A stretch of 64,000 nt of DNA, taken from NCBI GenBank assembly GCA_964564625.1, contig CAZMBE010000012.1, positions 6,011-70,010 of the forward strand, written 5' to 3'. The position numbers and the translations under genes are program-made. Source of the stretch: an uncultured Syntrophaceae bacterium. Lineage in GTDB: Bacteria; Desulfobacterota; Syntrophia; Syntrophales; UBA2185. This document shows positions 9,806 through 19,608 of this stretch, piece by piece. The notes under the pieces are model-generated. The model was not told the origin of the DNA. It was given only the letters and a program-made list of their open reading frames with translations, and did no database searches. Position 1 is the first letter of the stretch, and each line of letters begins with the position of its first letter.

Positions 9806-9840
9806 AGTGAAGCTTCCCGCCTAAAGGGCGGGGCTTCACT
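9806..9840. repeat. Imperfect palindrome resembling IS200/IS605 terminal hairpins; may act as bidirectional terminator
   Basis: AGTGAAGC-TT-CCCGCC-TAAAG-GGCGGG-GCTTCACT between convergent genes. Confidence 0.55.
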
Positions 9841-9895
9841 TCCCTCTGTAGGATGTAAGCCCTTCCCCTCAGATTCCCTGGAAGATCTTTTCCTT

Positions 9896-10369
9896 TCAGA
9901 ATTCTATTCTTAAATTTACTTGCGGCTCAAAAATTCTGCCAACCGATTCAAAAGCATCCCTGTACGGCAAAGTGAGAAATGTCGAGGGGAAAGATTTTAA
10001 TTCATTGAATTTGTCACTTCCCTCCCCTGATGGTTCAAGTGCGCTTATGTGTGTTTGATGAACCGCCATACGAGAAAATGATATACTGACGTTATGAAAT
10101 TTTACTATATCCTGCATGTATGAATTTTTTTCATCCGTAGAATTAGGCTCAATCGGCACTGCTTGTTCTTTTTTGTAGATTTCATCATCCCGCAGCGGAA
10201 TAGCCCTATCTAACGGCACACTTGCCGCATGTAATTGAAGTTCTGTCTTTGAAATAAATGGTTCCCATCGAGCAACGATTCCCTTGGCAAGACATTTTCC
10301 CTCACTCATGAGTACTAAAAGGGATACCGCGACAATGAACATATAATGTGCTTTATATATCCTTCTCAT
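9896..10369 (-). CDS. Hypothetical exported protein
   Basis: 157-aa ORF 20 nt downstream of the amidase; N-terminal signal-like segment; ends PQVNLRIEF. Confidence 0.65.
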   Translation of the reverse strand: MRRIYKAHYMFIVAVSLLVLMSEGKCLAKGIVARWEPFISKTELQLHAASVPLDRAIPLRDDEIYKKEQAVPIEPNSTDEKNSYMQDIVKFHNVSISFSRMAVHQTHISALEPSGEGSDKFNELKSFPSTFLTLPYRDAFESVGRIFEPQVNLRIEF

Positions 10370-10389
10370 AGCTTTTCTTCTCTATCAGA

Positions 10390-12609
10390 TTATAGTGTTG
10401 GATTCGAGGGAAGTTTCAGTTTCTGGTTCACGTAGAGTACATCATGACGTTTGATTTTATTAAGCCTTCTCACTTCACTGACACTTATCTTACATCTCTG
10501 GGCAATTTTATCGAGGCTGTCTCCTTTTCTTACTTTGTATATATATGTTTTCACAGATTTCGCAACCACCGACTTTTTTTCTTTATCTTTACTATTTCCT
10601 GTCTCTGGTATTTTTAACTTTCGGCCTACATAGAGTACATCTCTCAACTCCATGTCATTCAGCTTCAGGAGAGTGTTAATCGTCGTGTTATGCTTTTTTG
10701 CTATTGTATCCAGGCTGTCACCCCTTTTTACCTTATATACAGCCACTGGGCGCACACCTTTCACAGATGAAGATTCCACGCGAGTACTCACAGCCTCAGT
10801 TTCTGTATCCCTCCTCTTTATCCTCGTAATGTCTTTTTCCCGTTCGGATACTCTCACCAGACGACCGACGTAGAGAGGTTTTTCCGGTTTTATGTTGTTC
10901 AGTTTTAGAAGATTGCTTAATGTCGTGTTGTGTTTTTTTGCTATTTTATCTAAACTGTCACCTTTCCTCACCTTATAATGAGTTACTGCCATTGCAGGTT
11001 TCGGCGATGATGATTCCACGCGGACAGGTGGTGTCGTGTCCTTCTCATCTTTCTTTTTTCCACCGACGATAACATCAGGCGTTGACATTTTTGATGCAGT
11101 CTCGACAAGATCACGAGGTGGTTGAACATCCATATCTTTCTTTTCACCGGTAATGTCTTTCTTAGCCGCCGGCACTTGTAATATACGCCCTTCTAAGAGA
11201 GTATCGTCAAGTTGCATGTCGTTGAGTTTCAGTAGTGTACCAATTTTTGTATTGTGCTTTGACGCAATGATTTCCAGAGTGTCGCCTTTTCTCACTAAAT
11301 ACACGGTGGTTTCTGGTTTTGTTGTATCTGCGTCAACCGTCTGAACCTTCGCCTCCTGCGGCAGTGACTGCCCGGCAGCGAGAGCCTCTTCACTATGCGG
11401 GCGCGGGTCTTTATCAGGTAATATATTTTTATCTTCTCTCTTTGTTAACAGAACCTTTGGTGCCCTTGAAGGCCGTAAAGGCTTCAGCGGCAGAAATTCA
11501 GTTATTGAACTTGCCAATGCCTTCGCGATGTCAGTTTGAAAGCGGCTGTTTCGCAACATTTTTTCTTCTCTTGGATTCGAAATATAGGCCGTTTCCACGA
11601 GCAGCGACGGAATTTCCGGAAGTTTCAGCACGATGAAAGGTGCTTCCTGTACACTTTTAAATTTTACATGGTTGACTCTATCAAGATGTTTGAGGACGGT
11701 ACTGCCAAAGATTTTTGATGAGTTGATTGTGTTGGTTTGAAACATATTCAGGATTATCGGATCCAGCTCATAGCTGCTTTCGCCATTGGGAGATCCTCCG
11801 ATGATATCGGCCAAATTTTCATTCCGTGCCAAAATCTTTGCTGCTTCACTGCTGGCTCCTCTGAGTGATAAACAATACACAGAGCTCCCACTCGCACCTC
11901 TCCGTCTGAATGCATCCGCATGGATACTGATAAACAGATCGGCCCCGTATTCTCGCGCAATTGTCATTCTCTTCTTGAATGGTACATAATAATCCCCATT
12001 TCTGGTAAGAAAGGCGCGGTAACCTTTTTTCTTGTTTAAAATATTTTTTAATTTCCTTCCGATATCGAGGACAACCTTTTTCTCTTGTGTTCCCCGTTTC
12101 CCTATTGCACCTGGGTCTTCACCGCCGTGTCCGGGGTCAATGATAATGATCTTTTCCTTTCCCAGAACCTTGACCTGCTCCCTCTCCTGCCCTTCCCGTT
12201 TTTCTACATCCGGGAACTGAATATCAATTACTATACGATAGGGCTTATCCTGAATTCTCCCTATGTGAAAGACTTTCGTTTCAACGTTTTCAGCAATCGA
12301 CAACTCAACTCTCACCGTGCTGTTTGGCAAGGGAATGACCACTATTTTTTCAATACCGGGTTTTGTTAAAATGATATCTGGCGGTAAGTCTTCTGAGGTT
12401 TCCGTATCTTTAAAATCGATGAGCAATTTATTTTCGGCTTTCTCCACCCTGTAAGGGACATCATCGCTCGCATCTATAACGACTCTCGTATGATCAGGAG
12501 CAGTCCAATGTCTGATATTAAAGATTTTGTTGAGTGCAAAGGCATGACTAGGAGAAAAGAGCAATAGTACCAGCACCGACCAAATGCAATATTTTTGTAT
12601 CCTCGCCAT
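10390..12609 (-). CDS. N-acetylmuramoyl-L-alanine amidase (AMIN + Amidase_3 + 4 LysM)
   Basis: Signal peptide; RHWTAPDHTRVVID AMIN domain; IDPGHGGEDPGA, EK, SIHAD, LVETAYISN catalytic motifs; four Y.V.KGD.L..IA LysM repeats. Confidence 0.93.
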   Translation of the reverse strand: MARIQKYCIWSVLVLLLFSPSHAFALNKIFNIRHWTAPDHTRVVIDASDDVPYRVEKAENKLLIDFKDTETSEDLPPDIILTKPGIEKIVVIPLPNSTVRVELSIAENVETKVFHIGRIQDKPYRIVIDIQFPDVEKREGQEREQVKVLGKEKIIIIDPGHGGEDPGAIGKRGTQEKKVVLDIGRKLKNILNKKKGYRAFLTRNGDYYVPFKKRMTIAREYGADLFISIHADAFRRRGASGSSVYCLSLRGASSEAAKILARNENLADIIGGSPNGESSYELDPIILNMFQTNTINSSKIFGSTVLKHLDRVNHVKFKSVQEAPFIVLKLPEIPSLLVETAYISNPREEKMLRNSRFQTDIAKALASSITEFLPLKPLRPSRAPKVLLTKREDKNILPDKDPRPHSEEALAAGQSLPQEAKVQTVDADTTKPETTVYLVRKGDTLEIIASKHNTKIGTLLKLNDMQLDDTLLEGRILQVPAAKKDITGEKKDMDVQPPRDLVETASKMSTPDVIVGGKKKDEKDTTPPVRVESSSPKPAMAVTHYKVRKGDSLDKIAKKHNTTLSNLLKLNNIKPEKPLYVGRLVRVSEREKDITRIKRRDTETEAVSTRVESSSVKGVRPVAVYKVKRGDSLDTIAKKHNTTINTLLKLNDMELRDVLYVGRKLKIPETGNSKDKEKKSVVAKSVKTYIYKVRKGDSLDKIAQRCKISVSEVRRLNKIKRHDVLYVNQKLKLPSNPTL

Positions 12610-12740
12610 ATTTCATCTTCCAAAATTCTCGCAAATCTACCAGATTTATATCATGATTTCAACAAGGATAGTGAAAATATATTGACAATCTCCTTTCATG
12701 ATGACAATTTACCACAGTAATCACGTTCAGGTTTCAGATA

Positions 12741-13610
12741 ATGAGAATCAAAGACATCTTCGCACAAAAAAAATTTTCCCTCTCTTTTGAAGTTTTTCCT
12801 CCCAAGAGAGAAGGCAATCTTGAGAACTTGTATACTACAATAAAAGAATTGGGGGAGGCAAAGCCAGATTTCATTTCAGTAACATATGGAGCGGGAGGAA
12901 GTACAAGGGAGAAGACAATAGAAATTTCTTCCACCGTCAGAAATGAATTTCACATGGAGGTCCTCGCACATTTAACCTGCGTACAGTCCACAAAGCATGA
13001 TATTGCATGTATTTTAGACGCACTAAAAGATCATAATGTTGAAAACATCCTCGCCCTGAGAGGAGATCCTCCTGAGGGAACAAATAAATTCACGAAGATA
13101 GCAGGTGGATTTGGATATGCGAATGAACTTGTTGAATTTATCAGAGCGCATAATGATTTTTCGATAGGTGTTGCCGGGTATCCCGAAAAACACAGTGAAG
13201 CCCCCAGCCATCATGCAGATATGGTGAATCTAAAGCGCAAGGTAGATGCGGGTGCTGATTTTATTATCACACAAATGTTCTTTATGAATGACTGTTTCTA
13301 TAATTTCCGTGATCGTGCAGAAGCTTTAAAAATTTCTGTCCCGATCATACCTGGAATCTTTCCAATTTTAAACCACAACCAATTTACACGCATTGTATCT
13401 CTTTCCGGTGCCCAAATACCGAACAAACTCGCAGAAAAGATAGAAAAAAACAAAGAGAATCCGGAAGAAATAGAAAAATATGGAATTGAATATGCGATCA
13501 ACCAGGTTGAAAATCTGATAAAAAATGAAATCGCCGGTTTGCACTTTTACTGCATGAACAGAAGCCAGCCGGTCAAGAAAATCCTTGGTGAACTCTCTCT
13601 TCACAGGTGA
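12741..13610 (+). CDS. metF: Methylenetetrahydrofolate reductase
   Basis: SFEVFPPK, FISVTYGAGGS, AHLTC, ILALRGDPP, VAGYPEKH, KVDAGADFIITQMFF, GLHFYCMN. Confidence 0.96.
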   Translation: MRIKDIFAQKKFSLSFEVFPPKREGNLENLYTTIKELGEAKPDFISVTYGAGGSTREKTIEISSTVRNEFHMEVLAHLTCVQSTKHDIACILDALKDHNVENILALRGDPPEGTNKFTKIAGGFGYANELVEFIRAHNDFSIGVAGYPEKHSEAPSHHADMVNLKRKVDAGADFIITQMFFMNDCFYNFRDRAEALKISVPIIPGIFPILNHNQFTRIVSLSGAQIPNKLAEKIEKNKENPEEIEKYGIEYAINQVENLIKNEIAGLHFYCMNRSQPVKKILGELSLHR

Positions 13611-13731
13611 AAGTTGTATCTTCATGCGGAAAATATATTGAGTATTTGTGTGATACAGTGTATCTAGCACGCCCTGATGAACACCGCTTCGTTTCAGAAA
13701 AATTTAAAAAGCCGAGAAACTCACATAAAGC

Positions 13732-13808
13732 GGGCGATTAGCTCAGGTGGATAGAGCGCTGGTCTCCGGAACCAGAGGCCCCGCGTTCGAGTCGCGGATC
13801 GCCCGCCA
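13732..13808 (+). tRNA. tRNA-Arg(CCG)
   Basis: Cloverleaf: GGGCGAT/ATCGCCC acceptor, GCTC/GAGC D arm, CTGGT-CTCCGGA-ACCAG anticodon arm, TTCGAGT T loop, encoded CCA. Confidence 0.95.
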
Positions 13809-13944
13809 AGTACAATCAAGTCTATATGTGCAAAAGATCCATATGATAGTATGATATATCCAAACTGCTATTCCCTATGTAAAAAATCTTGATTTTGTAA
13901 AAAGTATATTATACAAGACGGCCTCATCTAAAATTTACTACTGG

Positions 13945-13990
13945 ACTCCTTGTTCGAACTTACGTTTCGGACTTTAGAGCCATAAGGAGG
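13945..13990 (+). promoter_or_regulatory. rpsF leader, S6:S18 autoregulatory RNA candidate
   Basis: CTCCTTG (13946-13952) pairs with SD TAAGGAG (13983-13989); CCA (13980-13982) lies directly 5' of that stem; inner hairpin TTCGAAC/GTTTCGGA. Confidence 0.65.
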
Positions 13991-13995
13991 AAAAA

Positions 13996-14436
13996 TTGAA
14001 AAGATACGAAACCCTGTTCATTATCCAAGTTGACCTGCCCGACGACGAACTTACCAGCCTCATTGAACGATACGGAGCAATTATTACAGCCTATAAAGGC
14101 ACTATCGTGAAAATAGAGAAATGGGGCAAAAGAAAATTAGCCTACGAAATCAAAAAGCACAAAACCGGGTATTATGTCATGATTGATTATGCGGGTAAAA
14201 GCGCTATAATCAACGAACTGGAAAGAAATTTCAAAATAGATGATAAAATTTTGAAATTCATGACGATAATGAAGGATGACAATGTTGATCTGGCAAAGAT
14301 AGAAAAGGAAAAACAGGAAGAAATTGAGGAAAAGGCGCAACGTACAGCACCGAAAGCGGAAAGCAAAATCATTCCTGCAGAAACCTTGGAAGTGGATGCA
14401 GGAAAAGATTCCTCATCAGCACCTTCGCAAGAATAA
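13996..14436 (+). CDS. rpsF: 30S ribosomal protein S6 with acidic C-terminal extension
   Basis: MKRYETLFII, WGKRKLAYEIKK, ELERNFKIDDKILKF; TTG start after AAGGAGG. Confidence 0.96.
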   Translation: MKRYETLFIIQVDLPDDELTSLIERYGAIITAYKGTIVKIEKWGKRKLAYEIKKHKTGYYVMIDYAGKSAIINELERNFKIDDKILKFMTIMKDDNVDLAKIEKEKQEEIEEKAQRTAPKAESKIIPAETLEVDAGKDSSSAPSQE

Positions 14437-14464
14437 GTACAAGGAAGGGGGAAAGATATAAGAG

Positions 14465-14743
14465 ATGACAATATCAACACGAGATGCAAGACCACAAAGA
14501 CCCGATACCAGACCGCAAAAGAAATTTTACCATAAAAGAAAATTCTGCCGATTTTGTACAGATTCAGATATTAAAATTGAATATAAAGAACCTCAGATTT
14601 TAAAAGATTACGTAACCGATCGGGGAAAGATTATACCCAGAAGAATTACTGGGAATTGTGCAAAACATCAAAGAGAAGTTACCGTGGCGATTAAACGGGC
14701 AAGGACCATTGCCCTGCTGCCTTTTGTGGTATCTGAATGGTAA
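14465..14743 (+). CDS. rpsR: 30S ribosomal protein S18 (Zn-ribbon form)
   Basis: [42 protein letters not shown]. Confidence 0.97.
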   Translation: MTISTRDARPQRPDTRPQKKFYHKRKFCRFCTDSDIKIEYKEPQILKDYVTDRGKIIPRRITGNCAKHQREVTVAIKRARTIALLPFVVSEW

Positions 14744-14793
14744 AAAGAATTTCTAACACGGTTTTCTTTTGTCCTAAATGACGGATTTAGAAT

Positions 14794-15762
14794 TTGAAAG
14801 AAGAAAGGGGCTCATTCTTAAATAAAGATTTTTTCGCGGGCATAATCTTATCCTCCTTGACTTTTCTCGCTGCAATGCTCATTCCCTTAGGGGGAGCCGT
14901 TTTCTTCATCTTGACACCGTTGCCAATTCTTTATTACAATTCCATGCTAGGTAGAATGCAAGGATGGGGCGTCTTTATCATATCGTTCTCACTGGTCGCC
15001 TTGGTGCTTACATTTCTCGGTTCAATAACAAGCATCCCGGTCCTTTTGATATCCGGATTTATAGGAATACTACTTTCGGAAATTTTACGTAGAAATTATT
15101 CTATCGAAAAAACTGTCCTTTATCCTGTGACGGTTCTTATAACACTGTGGTTACTATTTATTGTTTCATTAAGCTTTATCACAGGAATACAACCGTGGCA
15201 TTTAATTGAGGATTATATAGGAAAAAATATTCAGGAAAGCATTAATTTCTACACTCAGCTGGATATTCCTTCGGAACAGATAGCCCCGATTAAGGATAAC
15301 GTCAAACAGATTACTGTTTTTTTTACAAACATATTTCCTGCTCTATTCCTTGTAAGTGTATCATTTACAGTGTGGATAAATACACTGGCCGCGAGGGAGA
15401 TTTTTCTCAAAAACGGTATTGCATATCCTGATTTTGGTAATCTTTCATGTTGGAAGGCACCGGAGAGGCTCATATGGCTTCTTATAACCGGTGGAGTGAT
15501 GCTCATAATCCCCATTGAATGGACAAAGTTTCTTGGGCTGAATATCCTGATCGTATGCTTGTTTATCTATCTGCTCCATGGTCTTTCCATTATAAGTTTT
15601 ATATTCAGAACAAAAAACGTTCACAGACTTTTCAGGATCCCATGTTATTTTCTTATTTTTGCTCATCAATATATCATCCTGGTCGTAATTGCCGCCGGCA
15701 TTGTTGATCTATGGATAGACTTCCGAAAGTTTGTGAAACCGATACCGAATGCGAATATATAA
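14794..15762 (+). CDS. YybS/DUF2232 family membrane protein
   Basis: Multi-TM protein at the conserved rpsR-rplI position; WKAPERLIW, HGLSIISF, GIVDLWIDFRK. Confidence 0.85.
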   Translation: MKEERGSFLNKDFFAGIILSSLTFLAAMLIPLGGAVFFILTPLPILYYNSMLGRMQGWGVFIISFSLVALVLTFLGSITSIPVLLISGFIGILLSEILRRNYSIEKTVLYPVTVLITLWLLFIVSLSFITGIQPWHLIEDYIGKNIQESINFYTQLDIPSEQIAPIKDNVKQITVFFTNIFPALFLVSVSFTVWINTLAAREIFLKNGIAYPDFGNLSCWKAPERLIWLLITGGVMLIIPIEWTKFLGLNILIVCLFIYLLHGLSIISFIFRTKNVHRLFRIPCYFLIFAHQYIILVVIAAGIVDLWIDFRKFVKPIPNANI

Positions 15763-15802
15763 AAAAACAATTATTAAAACCAGATTACTATAAGGAGTAA
15801 GT

Positions 15803-16249
15803 ATGAAGATTATATTGAAAGAAAATGTTGATTCTCTTGGAAAAGCAGGAGAAATGATTAAAGTTGCCGACGGCTATGCAAGGAACTATTTGATCCCCAA
15901 GGGGCTTGCGGTAGAGGCAAGCAGTCGATCCATGAAGGCGTTGGAACACGAAAAAAGCCGCATCATGAAGAAAAACGAATCTGATCGGAAAAAAGCCGAA
16001 GCTATGGTTGAGAAACTACAAGGAGTAACCTGCACTATTTCCAGACGTGTCGGAGAACAGGACAAGTTATTTGGTTCCGTCACTACGAAAGATATTGAGC
16101 AGTCGCTCATTGAGCAGGGAATGGAGATTGATAGAAAAATGATAATCCTTGAAGAGCCGATTAAATCTCTCGGCGAATTTCCTGTCAAGATTAAATTTCA
16201 GCCTGGTATTACAACCGAGATAACAATAACGGTTGTTGGTGAATCCTAG
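15803..16249 (+). CDS. rplI: 50S ribosomal protein L9
   Basis: MKIILKENVDSLGKAG..VADGYARNYLIPKG, KLFGSVT, IKSLGEF. Confidence 0.97.
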   Translation: MKIILKENVDSLGKAGEMIKVADGYARNYLIPKGLAVEASSRSMKALEHEKSRIMKKNESDRKKAEAMVEKLQGVTCTISRRVGEQDKLFGSVTTKDIEQSLIEQGMEIDRKMIILEEPIKSLGEFPVKIKFQPGITTEITITVVGES

Positions 16250-16257
16250 AATACTAC

Positions 16258-17616
16258 ATGAAAAACATGGATATTTCATTACATAAAGTTCCTCCCCAGA
16301 ATCTCGAAGCTGAGCAGTCCGTGATAGGGGGAATTATGCTCGATAACCAGGCCCTCAACAGCGCGCTGGAAATACTCAACGTCGATGACTTTTACAGTGA
16401 AGCGCACCGTAAAATATTCGCTGCGATTATCGAACTTTATGATAGAAGTGAACCGTGTGACCTTATCACGCTCAGCAATATCTTAAAAAACAAGACCCAA
16501 CTCGATCAAGCCGGCGGGGTATCTTACCTGTCTTCTCTCTCCGACAGCGTACCGTCAGCCGCGAATATATCGCATTACGCAAAAATCGTGAAGGAAAAGT
16601 CCATTCTTCGCAAGCTTATCGGTACAGCCACTGAAATTTTGCACAAGAGCTATACCTCATCGACTGATATCGATACTGTCCTTGATGAGGCGGAACACGC
16701 CATATTTGAAATATCCGAAAATAAGATACGGCCAGCGTTCAGTCCTTTCAAAGATTTGATCAAAGACAGCGTCAGAACAATTGAAAAACTGTACGAGAGA
16801 AAAGAACTTGTTACGGGTGTTCCCACAGGGTTTGAAAAGATTGACGACATCACTTCTGGCCTGCAAAAGTCAGATTTAATAATCATCGCAGGCCGGCCAA
16901 GTATGGGGAAAACGGCATTTGCCCTGAATATAGCCCAATACGCAGCGCTTGAAGCGGGGATTCCAGTGGCAATATTTTCACTTGAAATGTCTAAAGAACA
17001 ACTCGCCTTGCGTATGCTTTCCTCAGAGGCAAGGGTAGATTCCCAGAGGATTCGCAGGGGCTTTCTGGGAGAAGCTGATTGGCCGAAATTGATTACAGCA
17101 GCTGGAAGACTTTCCGAAGCATTGATATTTATCGACGATACGCCGGCAATTAGCGCACTGGAGATGAAGGCGAAGGCACGACGATTAAAATCCGAGGTGG
17201 ACCTCGGCTTGATTATCCTTGATTATCTGCAACTTATGAGAAGCGGCGGCCATAAGGAGTCGAGAGAACAGGAAATATCGGAAATCAGCCGCTCCCTGAA
17301 AACACTCGCAAAGGAACTAAATGTTCCTGTAATAGCACTTTCCCAGTTGAACCGGAAGGTGGAGGACAGGACTAACAAACGTCCCCAAATGGCAGATTTG
17401 AGGGATTCCGGGGCGATTGAACAGGATGCAGATCTCATAGCATTCATATACAGGGATGATGTCTACGACAAGTCAGAAGAAAATCCCGAGAAAGGCATGG
17501 CCGAGATTATTGTCGGCAAACAGAGAAACGGCCCAACCGGTATGGTTAAACTGGCTTTTCAGGATAAATTCGCGCGTTTTGAAAACCTGGCCCGAGGGAT
17601 TGATATGGATGGGTAG
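16258..17616 (+). CDS. dnaB: Replicative DNA helicase
   Basis: PPQNLEAEQSVIG, AGRPSMGKT, FSLEM, IILDYLQLM, ALSQLNR, DLRDSGAIEQDAD, KQRNGPTG. Confidence 0.97.
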   Translation: MKNMDISLHKVPPQNLEAEQSVIGGIMLDNQALNSALEILNVDDFYSEAHRKIFAAIIELYDRSEPCDLITLSNILKNKTQLDQAGGVSYLSSLSDSVPSAANISHYAKIVKEKSILRKLIGTATEILHKSYTSSTDIDTVLDEAEHAIFEISENKIRPAFSPFKDLIKDSVRTIEKLYERKELVTGVPTGFEKIDDITSGLQKSDLIIIAGRPSMGKTAFALNIAQYAALEAGIPVAIFSLEMSKEQLALRMLSSEARVDSQRIRRGFLGEADWPKLITAAGRLSEALIFIDDTPAISALEMKAKARRLKSEVDLGLIILDYLQLMRSGGHKESREQEISEISRSLKTLAKELNVPVIALSQLNRKVEDRTNKRPQMADLRDSGAIEQDADLIAFIYRDDVYDKSEENPEKGMAEIIVGKQRNGPTGMVKLAFQDKFARFENLARGIDMDG

Positions 17617-17627
17617 CTACATCAAAG

Positions 17628-18503
17628 TTACGCCTCTATCAATGCCTGCTCTTTTGTGAAATAGGGAATAGCCAGTCTCAGTTTTTTGAGTGCCTGCTTC
17701 TCGATCTGTCTTGCCCTTTCTCTTGTAATGTTATATTTATTTCCAATTTCCTGAAGGGTTATGGGGTTGTCCGTCATAATGCGATGTTTGACGATATAAC
17801 TTTCCCGTTCATTGAGATTAATCAAGGCACCCGCAATGTTCCTTTTCACCAGATCCATTTCTTCTTTTTTAATAAGAGCCATTTCTTGATCCTCGCCCTT
17901 GTAAGTGAGATAGTCGATATGCGATGTCTCACCCTCATCACTGATGTACGCATCAAGCGAAAGATCGCGATGACTGAGCCTTAGGTCCATTTCCTCAATC
18001 TCATGTTCTTTAACACCCAGAGATTCCGCTATTTCCCCGAATTCAGGGTTTTTCTGCGAAAGGGTTTCGAGTTTTTTCTTTGCCTGACTCAGCTTGAAAA
18101 AAAGTTTTCTTTGCGCCTGGGTGGTCCCTATTTTTACGAGACTCCATGTCTTGATGATGTAATTCTGTATATATGCCCTGATCCACCACACGGCATAGGA
18201 TATTATTCTGTAGCCCTTATAGGGATCAAACTTTTTGACAGCATGCATGAGGCCGATATTGCCCTCCTGGATCAGATCCGAAAGCTTCACCCCGTAATTC
18301 CTATACTCATGGGCAATCTTGACCACAAATCTAAGATTCGAGACAACCAGCCTCTCCGCTGCCTCCACATCGTTATACTTCTTGAACCTTACGGCCAATT
18401 TGAATTCTTCCTCAGCGCTCAGCACGGGGAATCGATTAATCTCCGATATGTAAATGTCAAGAGTACTGGTGATTAACGGCAGTTCCACCCAATATTCCTC
18501 CAC
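17628..18503 (-). CDS. rpoH: RNA polymerase sigma-32 factor
   Basis: LVVSNLRFVVKIA, DLIQEGNIGLM, YAVWWIRA, RpoH box QRKLFFKL, TRERARQIE; GTG start. Confidence 0.93.
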   Translation of the reverse strand: MEEYWVELPLITSTLDIYISEINRFPVLSAEEEFKLAVRFKKYNDVEAAERLVVSNLRFVVKIAHEYRNYGVKLSDLIQEGNIGLMHAVKKFDPYKGYRIISYAVWWIRAYIQNYIIKTWSLVKIGTTQAQRKLFFKLSQAKKKLETLSQKNPEFGEIAESLGVKEHEIEEMDLRLSHRDLSLDAYISDEGETSHIDYLTYKGEDQEMALIKKEEMDLVKRNIAGALINLNERESYIVKHRIMTDNPITLQEIGNKYNITRERARQIEKQALKKLRLAIPYFTKEQALIEA

Positions 18504-18726
18504 TTTTCATCTATCTTTTACCGATTGAAATTACTATACTATTAAATATCATGACATAGTCAAGAGTATTTTATCATGAAGACATCAAGTCACGATATTC
18601 ATTGTACCGTGCCTTGACATACCCCTTATCTATTGTTAATTTAACACATAATTTCATGGTTGATTGAAGCTGTCTCGCATCAATCAGTATATAAAAGCCG
18701 AAAAACTGACAATCGGGAGAAGACAC

Positions 18727-19596
18727 ATGAAGGACATTAACAAGATTATTCTTGATCATGCCTGTCGCATTGCGAAAGAACTTAAGGTAAAGGCTCTCAT
18801 GCTCTATGCGGACTCTGCGTCTGAGTTGCCAATTGCCGAAGATGAAAAACCGTGTTTCAATCTTGTCCTGGTTACCAAGGGTGAAGAAGAGCTGCCGGAA
18901 GAATTGAAGACATTAGGAACCGTCATCAATGTTCCCGACGTTAACCTTTCGCGGGTCGGACAGATAAAGATAGCCATCACCAAAGGTATCGCCACAGGTC
19001 TTTTCAAGAGGGGGGACAAGCTCGTCTGCATCAGCGGGCTTCCCAAACTTGGATATGTGGACAGCATCTTGGTGATCGATGTAGGCAAGGAATTCGAGAT
19101 CTTAACATCGCAGAGTATCACAGACATAACACAGGGGGTGCATCCGGAAGTATTCAGTGAAGCGCTTAATATTATCCTCGAACTCGCAGCTCAGGGCAGA
19201 GAAGGAAGAAAAGTCGGAACCATTTTCATTCTGGGGGATCATGAAAAGGTGCTTCAGCTCTCCCGGCAGATGGTCATCAATCCTTTCCTGGGATATAGCG
19301 AAGAGGAAAGGAATATTCTTAATCCTGATTTACTGGAAACAATAAAAGAGTTTTCGGCAATCGACGGCGCGTTCATCATCAAAGACAATGGCGCAATCGT
19401 AACCGCGGGAAGACACCTCAATGCAGCCACAGAAAGCAAGGATTTTCCGCAGGGATTGGGGAGCAGACATATCGCTGCTGCAGGGATTACGGATGTTACA
19501 CATGCCGTTGCAATAGTCCTTTCCGAATCTACCGGAAACGTCAGTGTTTTCAAAAATGGGAAGCTCTTTGTGAGCATTTTGAAGCCAATACCATAA
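18727..19596 (+). CDS. Diadenylate cyclase (DisA_N/DAC domain) with N-terminal pyruvate-kinase-C-like domain, DacZ-type
   Basis: AQGREGRKVGTIFILGD, SAIDGAFII, GLGSRHIAAAGIT, AIVLSESTG DAC motifs; N-terminal GIATGLFKRGDKLVCISG segment; no TM helices. Confidence 0.88.
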   Translation: MKDINKIILDHACRIAKELKVKALMLYADSASELPIAEDEKPCFNLVLVTKGEEELPEELKTLGTVINVPDVNLSRVGQIKIAITKGIATGLFKRGDKLVCISGLPKLGYVDSILVIDVGKEFEILTSQSITDITQGVHPEVFSEALNIILELAAQGREGRKVGTIFILGDHEKVLQLSRQMVINPFLGYSEEERNILNPDLLETIKEFSAIDGAFIIKDNGAIVTAGRHLNAATESKDFPQGLGSRHIAAAGITDVTHAVAIVLSESTGNVSVFKNGKLFVSILKPIP

Positions 19597-19608
19597 TCAG
19601 GAGAAACT

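Noticed and set aside
12610-12740. SAM riboswitch upstream of metF
   Set aside because: Spacer is only ~130 nt, AT-rich, shared with the divergent amidase and lacks SAM-I core motifs.
13732-13995. tRNA-Arg (and tRNA-Gln) as island or prophage integration sites
   Set aside because: Both are followed directly by conserved housekeeping operons; no integrase or duplicated tRNA 3' end seen.
18504-18726. sigma32 promoter or CIRCE element for the DAC-clpB-htpX operon
   Set aside because: No convincing CTTGAA-N13/14-CCCCAT or TTAGCACTC-N9-GAGTGCTAA match.
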